The notes beneath the pieces were generated by a model. The model searched no databases and had not been told where the DNA came from. It worked only from the letters and a program-made list of their open reading frames with translations. From assembly GCA_035776675.1 (NCBI GenBank), contig DASTWO010000067.1, forward strand, positions 207 through 64,206: a stretch of DNA of 64,000 nt, written 5' to 3'. Position 1 is the stretch's first letter. The number at the start of each line of letters is the position of its first letter. The DNA is from Bacillales bacterium (GTDB lineage: Bacteria; Bacillota; Bacilli; Bacillales; DASSOY01). Made by a program: the position numbers and the translations under genes. Shown piece by piece: positions 28,174 to 34,988 of this stretch.

Positions 28174-28965
28174 ATGGAGATAACCCGTAAAGGGAAGATA
28201 GAAATCGTCAAGATCCCGGTCAATCCTTTCTTTCGTTTAATGTCTGTTTATTTGTATTTTATCGATGGGCTTCTGGTCGACACAGGTCCAAGTGCCCGCC
28301 GGGGAACTTTAATTCCGGTCTTCAAGTCTTGGGACATCCGGCAAGTCGCCGTTACACACTATCACGAGGATCACTCAGGCATGGCCTCATGGCTTAATCG
28401 ACATTACACGGCGGATATTTTTGTTCATGAAGAAAGTCTTGGCATCGCGGATCGAACAGCTCGCATTCCGTGGTACCGTGAGTTTTTCTCAGGGAGAAGG
28501 TTGCCATTTCAGGCTAAGCCTTATCCGAGCGTCATCAAGACACCGCAATTTCGGTTCTATCCGATTGAGACACCCGGCCACACCTCTGACCATATTGGTT
28601 TGTATGAACCGGACCAAGGTTGGCTCTTCTCAGGAGATTTGTATATCACTCCTTATCCGAAGGTGTTTATGAAAGAGGAGTCGATTTCCGATTACATTGA
28701 GACGCTTAGGAAATTGCAACGTCTGGATTATCGTACGGTTTTCTGTGGGCATGAAGGTGTTGTTTCCAACGGCAAAGAGAAGATGAAGAAAAAGCTCGAC
28801 TACCTTGTGAAGGTTCGGGATGAAGTCTTTCATATGCACCGGGCGGGTTTTGACGACCGCACAATCATGAATAAGTTATTTCCCGAGAAGGTGAAACTGG
28901 AGTATCTGTCATTCGGGAGCTTCTCACGGCTCAATTTGGTACGTTCCTGCTACAGAAGTGAATGA
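28174..28965 (+). CDS. metallo-beta-lactamase-fold hydrolase
   Basis: HxHxDH motif (THYHEDHSG), downstream TPGHTSDH and CGHEG. ATG at 28174 follows AGGAGTGG; the ORF track start at 28141 lacks an RBS. Confidence 0.8.
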   Translation: MEITRKGKIEIVKIPVNPFFRLMSVYLYFIDGLLVDTGPSARRGTLIPVFKSWDIRQVAVTHYHEDHSGMASWLNRHYTADIFVHEESLGIADRTARIPWYREFFSGRRLPFQAKPYPSVIKTPQFRFYPIETPGHTSDHIGLYEPDQGWLFSGDLYITPYPKVFMKEESISDYIETLRKLQRLDYRTVFCGHEGVVSNGKEKMKKKLDYLVKVRDEVFHMHRAGFDDRTIMNKLFPEKVKLEYLSFGSFSRLNLVRSCYRSE

Positions 28966-29132
28966 AATAGAGGTTGGGCCGGTGGCGGCACGACTTTTTT
29001 CGGGATGGATTTATAAGTTGTGAGGTTTTATAATAGTAATAATGGAACCGTTTTCAAGGGATTTGTTGGTGAAGTGAATGAATTATAGCTTCTTTTATCT
29101 AAAAAAAGAAAACATTCGGGGGATTTGCTGTT

Positions 29133-29477
29133 ATGAATAAGACTTACAACATGGATGAAGTATTCGCGAATATTGAAAAGCGGCTGCAGGCCAATCCTGA
29201 TCCAATTGAGGGAATGGAGGCGGTTTATCAATTCGATTTGTCCGGGGATGAAATCGAGACTTATCAGTTGCATCTTTCCAATGGAAAGGCATGGGTCGGG
29301 CAAGAGGAATCTTCTTCCGCGGATTGTCTCATTAAGATGAAGCAGAAGGATTTCATGGAGATGTTATTAGGTCGATTGAATGGTACCACAGCTTTCATGA
29401 CAGGGAAGTTAAAGGTGAAGGGCAGCATGGGGCTGGCGATGAAATTGCAAAATGTTCTTGGGCATTATGAGGCATAG
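29133..29477 (+). CDS. SCP2 (sterol/lipid carrier)-domain protein
   Basis: 114 aa. VYQFDLSGDE...DCLIKMKQKDFMEMLLGRLNGTTAFMTGKLKVKGSMGLAMKLQNV is the classic SCP2 C-terminal pattern. Confidence 0.8.
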   Translation: MNKTYNMDEVFANIEKRLQANPDPIEGMEAVYQFDLSGDEIETYQLHLSNGKAWVGQEESSSADCLIKMKQKDFMEMLLGRLNGTTAFMTGKLKVKGSMGLAMKLQNVLGHYEA

Positions 29478-29573
29478 ATGACTGTTGATCGGGTCAGAGA
29501 ATGGAGAGGTTTCATCATGAATTCGGCATAGAATGGTATAAAAAAACCACATGTTTCTGGGGGAGGATCTTTC

Positions 29574-31421
29574 ATGAAGCCGAAAAATTTGATTGAAATG
29601 CTGAGCAGAACGGTGCACCGTTATCCGGACAAAGCGGCGTTGATGTGGAAAAGCGGGGGAAGCTACCAGAGTCTGTCCTATCGGGATCTTTGGAGAAAGA
29701 TTCATAATACCGCATCGGGCTTGGCCAGACTGGGAGTCAAACACGGCGATAAAGTAGCGATTTTATCGGAAAATAACCCGATGTGGGCGATTTCGGATTT
29801 TGCTATTGGAAGCTTAGGAGCGGTAAGTGCGCCAATCTATCCGACTCTGCCTTCTGATCAGGTCACCTATATTCTCAAAAATGCGGACGTCCAGATAGCG
29901 ATCGTTGAGAATGAAGAACAGCTTGAGAAAATTAAGCAAGGAGACTCTGATGTCCAACATGTTGTCGTCATGCATCCAGGAACCGGATTCTCATCCTCTG
30001 AAGGAATATTGTCCTTCCTCGATTTGGATCAAGATGGAGAGCAACATCCTTTTGAAGGATGGGAGCACGAATGGAACAAGATCGACAAGGATCAGCTGGC
30101 GACAATTATTCATACCTCCGGGACAACCGGACCTCCAAAAGGTGTAATGCTCAGCCATGAAAATTTCCTTGTGAATATGGAAGCGGTTCAATTCTGGATT
30201 ATTGAATTGCTTCCTGAAGATGTATCTCTTTCTTATTTGCCATTGTCCCATGTATTCGAACGGATGGCAGGGCATTTCATGCCGTTGTCAGTAGGAGCCA
30301 CAATTGCTTATGCTGAAAGTATCGACAAAATTCAGGACAATGTGAAGGAAGTCAAACCGACCATTATGACGAGTGTCCCCCGCTTGTTTGAGAAGGTGTA
30401 CGCCAAGGTCATTGAACAAATCGAGAACGGCTCGCCGATTAAAAGGAAAATATTCAATTGGGCGCTTGAAGTAGGCAAACAGCGCTATGACTATTATCTG
30501 AACAGTAAGGTGAACGACTTGCTGCTTCATGAACCAATACCGGCGAAATTACGACGCCAATGGGCACGGGCTGATCGGATGGTTTACCGGAAGATTAAGG
30601 AGCAGCTTGGAGGTCGAATGAGAGGGATGGTGTCCGGCGGAGGAGCCTTGAACCCAGAGATCGCACGATTTTTCTGGGCGTTGGATTTGCCGATATTGGA
30701 AGGATATGGGCTGACGGAAACCTCCCCTGTGATTTCGACTAATCCTATGATCAGGGCCAAGGCCGGAACGGTCGGGAAACCATTGCCGAATTTGGAAGTG
30801 AGAATTGCGCCAGACGGTGAAGTTCTTGTCAAAGGGCCGAGTGTAATGAAAGGCTATTACAAGAATAAAGAAGCCACGGAAAAGGATATTGTCGATGGCT
30901 GGTTCTATACGGGTGACATCGGAGAGATTGATCAGGAAGGGTATTTGAAAATTATTGACCGAAAAAAGCGCCTCCTGATTCTGTCTACCGGGAAAAATGT
31001 TGCGCCTCAACCAATCGAAAATGCTATGAATGAAAGTCGGTTTATCGATCAATCCGCCATTATCGGGGATAAAAGGAAGTATGTGATTGCTTTCGTGTCC
31101 CCGGATTTTGAGAATCTACTTCCCTGGGCAAGCAAACAAGGCATTACCTCTGAATCAAGAGAAGGGGTTTGCCGCCATCCGGATGTGTTGAACCTTTTTC
31201 AAGAAGAAGTTGAACGGCTGACTCGGACTTTCGCCGGTTATGAACAACCGAAGAAGGTCATTGTTGTCGGGGAAGAATGGACGGTTGAAGGCGGAGAGCT
31301 AACGCCAACGTTAAAGGTGAAAATGAAGAAAATTCAAGAGAAATACAGTCGGGTGATCAATGAAGTGTATGCGCAAGCCGAAACGGCAGCCGGACTGGAT
31401 CATGCTGAAAGAAAAGCGTGA
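29574..31421 (+). CDS. long-chain acyl-CoA synthetase (AMP-forming, FAA1/FadD-like, 615 aa)
   Basis: AMP-binding motifs HTSGTTGPPKGV, EGYGLTETSP, YTGDIGEIDQEGYLKIIDRKK and GELTPTLKVKMKKI. Confidence 0.88.
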   Translation: MKPKNLIEMLSRTVHRYPDKAALMWKSGGSYQSLSYRDLWRKIHNTASGLARLGVKHGDKVAILSENNPMWAISDFAIGSLGAVSAPIYPTLPSDQVTYILKNADVQIAIVENEEQLEKIKQGDSDVQHVVVMHPGTGFSSSEGILSFLDLDQDGEQHPFEGWEHEWNKIDKDQLATIIHTSGTTGPPKGVMLSHENFLVNMEAVQFWIIELLPEDVSLSYLPLSHVFERMAGHFMPLSVGATIAYAESIDKIQDNVKEVKPTIMTSVPRLFEKVYAKVIEQIENGSPIKRKIFNWALEVGKQRYDYYLNSKVNDLLLHEPIPAKLRRQWARADRMVYRKIKEQLGGRMRGMVSGGGALNPEIARFFWALDLPILEGYGLTETSPVISTNPMIRAKAGTVGKPLPNLEVRIAPDGEVLVKGPSVMKGYYKNKEATEKDIVDGWFYTGDIGEIDQEGYLKIIDRKKRLLILSTGKNVAPQPIENAMNESRFIDQSAIIGDKRKYVIAFVSPDFENLLPWASKQGITSESREGVCRHPDVLNLFQEEVERLTRTFAGYEQPKKVIVVGEEWTVEGGELTPTLKVKMKKIQEKYSRVINEVYAQAETAAGLDHAERKA

Positions 31422-31456
31422 AAAACCCATCAGCCCCTATTAAGCTGATGGGTGAA
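31421..31456. terminator. bidirectional terminator between the ligase gene and luxR paralog 2
   Basis: CCCATCAGC (31426-31434) pairs with GCTGATGGG (31444-31452). An A-run lies 5' on the plus strand, which is a U-run for the minus-strand transcript. Confidence 0.7.
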
Positions 31457-31465
31457 ATGCTTTTA

Positions 31466-32995
31466 TTAAATCATGCCGTTTCGAATCGCCTTAACTACGG
31501 CTTCCGTCCGGTTTCTCGCTTTCATTTTCTGCATGATGGCTGAGATGTAGTCGCGAACGGTGTACTCACTTAAGTTCAGGGAATCGGCAGCTTCACTTGT
31601 TGAGGCTCCATCCGCCATTAACTTCAATACATCAATCTCACGTGGAGACAGGTGAGGTGGCGTGGCAACATTTGAAGATGCAGGGCGGTCTCCGCCGTAT
31701 TTCGCAAGAATCTCTCCGGCGCTTTGTCCGAATTTCATTAAGGCAGTAAAAGTGGCACGTGAAATTTCGAACCGTTTTCCGGGTCCCTGGTCCAAAATGG
31801 CGGCTCCGATCAACTTGCTGCCCGAAGGGACGAATATGGGCGCTATGACGACAGACTCGAGCTGAAATTGGCGAACATATTGATCAGGTAATCCCTGTGC
31901 AGCTTCAGAGATGTAGATGGGTTGAAGGTTTTTCAAGTTCTCCCCAAGGGGTTGCAACCTTTGTAAGTTCTTCTGGATAAGCGGAACATTTCGAATGTCT
32001 TCTTTAATACTTTGAATCGCATCATTGTTGAGTTGATGGCCGAATAATCCAAAACCCCTTTGGTCGACAGTGGAGTAGGCAAACAATGCACAACGTTCAA
32101 AAGGCAAATAGTTAACAAATCCGGACGTTACGTTTTCAATGGCTTCATTCAATGATTGGGACCGCATAATCCATTCATTGAACAAGATAACCGCATCTTT
32201 CCACTGTTGCTCCTGTCTGGTGTAGGCAAGGGCATTTTCACTGTTCCGGAAAATCTGCAAGGCAAAGGTGACAAACGGGAGAATATGGGAGGTACCCGCC
32301 TGATTTGTGCATAACAATAACGTGCCGTCATCAGATGGGACAGGATAAATCTTACGCTCTCGTCCCGGTTCCACAGGCATTTTGTTGAGCAAAGATTCAG
32401 ACAGTGCGAACAATGAATCTGCCTGCAGTTCCTTCTTCTCGGGAAACCAATTACGTTTCGTCTTACTGAAAATTTTCTTTGCCTGAACACCGTGTCCATA
32501 ATCTTCTAATTTTGCGATCCATTCGACAGGCAGTTGCTGTGAGGAAACGAGTTGATCTAGAAAGGTGTCCATGTTAAGTTGCTCTTTATAAGGATGGGCA
32601 AGCAAATGCTCGCTCATTTGAGAAAACAAGTATTGAACAGCTTGATGCTGTTGATATTCATCGCCGATCCCAGATTGAATGGCCTCATGGGCTGCGTTTT
32701 CCAGCAACGTAATAATGAAAATAAGGTGATTTGGCCGAAGGGGACTAGAAAACTGCTGCCAATGATCATCCATGTTCCTGAACAAGTCTGCCGTATCCTT
32801 CCGATTCTCTGAAAACAGGCATTCGGAGAAGAAGCTGATTGTTGCTTCCAACTCATCTACTGAACTATTCTCTGCTTTGTTAAGGTGAACAGATATCTTT
32901 TCCCATTCTGACACTATAAGTTGTTGATGTTCTTGAACAACATTCAGGCCATCCCGCAAAACAACCTGCATCTGTCGGCTTAACGTAAGGGACAT
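31466..32995 (-). CDS. LuxR/GerE-family transcriptional regulator with a large N-terminal sensor region (paralog 2)
   Basis: 509 aa, collinear with 26416..27939. Long identical blocks: QQWKDAVILFNEWIMRSQ, GFVNYLPFERCALF, LIGAAILDQGPGK, TFTALMKFGQSAGEILAK, VLKLMADGAST. C-terminal GerE HTH. Confidence 0.85.
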   Translation of the reverse strand: MSLTLSRQMQVVLRDGLNVVQEHQQLIVSEWEKISVHLNKAENSSVDELEATISFFSECLFSENRKDTADLFRNMDDHWQQFSSPLRPNHLIFIITLLENAAHEAIQSGIGDEYQQHQAVQYLFSQMSEHLLAHPYKEQLNMDTFLDQLVSSQQLPVEWIAKLEDYGHGVQAKKIFSKTKRNWFPEKKELQADSLFALSESLLNKMPVEPGRERKIYPVPSDDGTLLLCTNQAGTSHILPFVTFALQIFRNSENALAYTRQEQQWKDAVILFNEWIMRSQSLNEAIENVTSGFVNYLPFERCALFAYSTVDQRGFGLFGHQLNNDAIQSIKEDIRNVPLIQKNLQRLQPLGENLKNLQPIYISEAAQGLPDQYVRQFQLESVVIAPIFVPSGSKLIGAAILDQGPGKRFEISRATFTALMKFGQSAGEILAKYGGDRPASSNVATPPHLSPREIDVLKLMADGASTSEAADSLNLSEYTVRDYISAIMQKMKARNRTEAVVKAIRNGMI

Positions 32996-33131
32996 CAGAT
33001 TCCCTCCTTTCTACATCATTATTTAGCCTGGAACAGGCTTATTCCAAATTCGTTTCTCTCCGAGTCCTTATCTATTGTCGATTATATCATTTCCTTCTGT
33101 TATATGACAGATATGGAATGGGAAATCCTTA

Positions 33132-33146
33132 CCCTACACTTTTCGG
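33132..33146 (+). promoter_or_regulatory. upstream copy of the CCCTACACTTTTCGG motif (no plus-strand -10 behind it)
   Basis: Perfect 15-nt match to 33457-33471. Lies about 25-40 nt upstream of a possible minus-strand luxR2 promoter (CTGTCA-18-TATAAT, read on the minus strand at about 33075-33110). Confidence 0.4.
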
Positions 33147-33155
33147 AAGTGGAAA

Positions 33156-33425
33156 CTCGCTCCGGCAATGGCGGCAGGATGTCTTACGATCCTGAAGCTA
33201 GCACCTGATCGCATTGAATCAAAGGTTGGCCCCGGAACAGACCCGCAAAATGACCTTAGACCTGTTATCAGCAAAGCTCAACTTTAAAAGATTCAAACGG
33301 GTTGGGATGAGAGGGCATCGGTTTTGACAGGAGGTCAAATTCCAGAAGATCTCAACGAAGGCTATTATATGGAATCGAAATCGGTGATTTGCGATTTGAA
33401 TGGCCGGCCAGTGACTCTTTTTTAG
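33156..33425 (+). pseudogene. collapsed relic of an aldehyde dehydrogenase gene
   Basis: One frame reads LAPAMAAGCLTILKLAPD...ESKVGPGTDPQNDLRPVISKAQL*KIQTGWDERASVLTGGQIPEDLNEGYYMESKSVICDLNGRPVTLF*. These segments match, in order, ALDH signature regions as I remember them: xAPALAAGNxxxxKP; kvGdPxdxxtxxGPlisxxq; eGAxxxxGG; and the C-terminal EYxExKxV. Only about 90 codons remain of an expected ~490, with an internal stop at 33285. Confidence 0.5.
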
Positions 33426-33456
33426 CCCCTTATTTTGTAGGGAGAACCTGGGGCGG

Positions 33457-33500
33457 CCCTACACTTTTCGGTATTGTGGAGAAAGGGTTATTTTTATAAA
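33457..33500 (+). promoter_or_regulatory. candidate LuxR-paralog operator plus activator-dependent promoter of the three-gene envelope operon
   Basis: CCCTACACTTTTCGG (33457-33471), then T, then ATTG, then TATAAA at 33495-33500: 23 nt from motif end to the -10, identical geometry to 28086-28128. Confidence 0.5.
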
Positions 33501-33600
33501 ATTTTTGATGTAAGCGATTTCCCGTTTAGTGATGATGCATGAAAGGGTATTACTTTAACAGGAGATTTTCGAAAATTCAAATCATGGAGAGGTGAAGTTT

Positions 33601-34197
33601 GTGGATCCTTTGTATATGGAAGAAGCGGTGGAAGAAGAATCCGAATTCGTCACGGGTCATACAGTGAAGAAGAAGCTTATCGCGGCATTGTTGTCCGGGT
33701 TCCTATTGCTCGGTGGTTTGGCGGCCGTTTTCGGGATTTCCGGTGTAGCCTATGCTATGCCAATCGCCGGAATCGGGAATTTTCACGTTGAATTTGATAA
33801 GTTGACGGGGCAAGGATTTAAACTCTTTACGAAAATTGGAGATACAGGTAAGTCGGAGCAAGTTCCTATGTTTCGCGTTAAGATCGACGAAGCGACTATC
33901 CATAATTTGCACATTTATAAGGATATAGAAGTCCCGGGTATGGGCAAAGTCAGATTTAATATCACGGCATCAAAACCGGTTCAAGTGAAAGGCTTAATTC
34001 AGGATGCCCAGAAACAGATTGGAAATGCCACTTTCACGAACCAGGCTATTGATGAGAACTTCGGTGCCGATCATCCTTTTTCGCAGACAGCGGATACGAT
34101 TACTTTAACGGATGCTTCACTTGTTACTGATTACCTGTTTCAAAGTGTAGTCACTTTGAATGGCCTGAAACTCAGTTTTGAAAATATTGAAGGATAA
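33601..34197 (+). CDS. membrane-anchored or secreted beta-rich protein, DUF6230-like
   Basis: GTG at 33601 lies 8 nt after GGAGAGG; alternatives are 33592 and ATG 33616. Acidic N-terminus, a hydrophobic segment ending VAYA, then GNFHVEFDKLTGQGF...ATIHNLHI...NITASKPVQVKGL...NATFTNQAID. This matches my recollection of actinobacterial DUF6230 proteins. Confidence 0.7.
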   Translation: MDPLYMEEAVEEESEFVTGHTVKKKLIAALLSGFLLLGGLAAVFGISGVAYAMPIAGIGNFHVEFDKLTGQGFKLFTKIGDTGKSEQVPMFRVKIDEATIHNLHIYKDIEVPGMGKVRFNITASKPVQVKGLIQDAQKQIGNATFTNQAIDENFGADHPFSQTADTITLTDASLVTDYLFQSVVTLNGLKLSFENIEG

Positions 34198-34231
34198 TGT
34201 ATAAGGTGACCTGAGAAAGAGGGGTGAAAGA

Positions 34232-34978
34232 ATGAACACGGAGAAAAAGGCGTTGAAAGCCGAAAAGAGGCAGGAAAAGGTCAGGCGGAAGCAAGATAAG
34301 CTTAGAAAAGCGAGTCGGTTTAAACAATGGAGAAAAAGACGGCCATTTTGGGGAGCGAGCCTGACCTTGTTGGCGGGCTTGCTGATTTTGTGGATCCCTC
34401 TGAATTTGTATATGCTCGCATTCGCTCCAGGGAATTTTGCCATTGTCGGTCTTTTATTCGGCGGATTAATAACGATAATCGGCGTGATGGCCTATATCTA
34501 TCCACAATTTTCAACAGTGCTCGGTGTAATGACCATATTTTTGTCAGTAATTTCGATTATGGGAGCTTTGGGCGGATTTGTGGTCGGAACGATCCTTGGT
34601 ATTGTCGGTGGTTCTCTTTGTATTGCCTGGCGTCGTGAAGTAATTCCGGCCCGAGAAAAGGCGGATGGGCGCAGAAACGTGAAAGAGTTCCGCAAACCGA
34701 AAACGAAAAAGTCTGGGAAACCCGGTGAGGAAGATGCATTATCTCCAACAGCTTCTTCCCGTGTAATGTTTGTGAATGAGAATAATGAGATCGCTTCTAC
34801 TCTGGAATCTGACAAACCGAAAATAAAGGATGGAAAGCCAACTGTTGATAAGACTGGCAGCCCGCAAAAGGTTCAAACACAGAAAGCGGTAAGTCCGGCG
34901 GATGTGCTGGAGGCTGCAGGCTCCACCCGTATTCATCACAACGAAAAAAAAGATGTCAATGAAAAACGGAATGCTTAG
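34232..34978 (+). CDS. polytopic membrane protein, DUF6114-like, with charged N- and C-terminal tails
   Basis: ATG follows AGGGGTG. Basic N-terminus ending RFKQWRKRRPFWG, four hydrophobic helices, then GGFVVGTILGIVGGSLCIAW. This pattern is how I remember DUF6114, the usual neighbour of DUF6230. The C-terminal tail of about 110 aa is K/E/P-rich. Confidence 0.7.
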   Translation: MNTEKKALKAEKRQEKVRRKQDKLRKASRFKQWRKRRPFWGASLTLLAGLLILWIPLNLYMLAFAPGNFAIVGLLFGGLITIIGVMAYIYPQFSTVLGVMTIFLSVISIMGALGGFVVGTILGIVGGSLCIAWRREVIPAREKADGRRNVKEFRKPKTKKSGKPGEEDALSPTASSRVMFVNENNEIASTLESDKPKIKDGKPTVDKTGSPQKVQTQKAVSPADVLEAAGSTRIHHNEKKDVNEKRNA

Positions 34979-34988
34979 GGGAATGTCT

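Noticed and set aside
28174-28965. Idea that the MBL-fold protein is an AHL lactonase (quorum quenching), paired with a LuxR-type regulator
   Set aside because: The HxHxDH motif is common to the whole MBL superfamily. The regulators have GerE-type HTH domains but no autoinducer-binding domain that I can see. I found no AiiA-specific features. Kept only as a generic hydrolase.
33584-33595. Mini-ORF ATG GAG AGG TGA (MER*) overlapping the RBS of the first operon gene
   Set aside because: Three codons are too short to argue for a leader peptide without conservation or ribosome data. Most likely a coincidence of the GGAGAGG Shine-Dalgarno sequence.
34902-34988. N-terminal extension of the large secreted protein (ORF-track start at 34902)
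   Set aside because: It would overlap the preceding gene by 77 nt and adds a non-signal-like peptide (MCWRLQAPPVFITTKKK...). The ATGs at 34983 and 34989 follow the upstream stop and an AGGGG RBS, and give a normal signal peptide.
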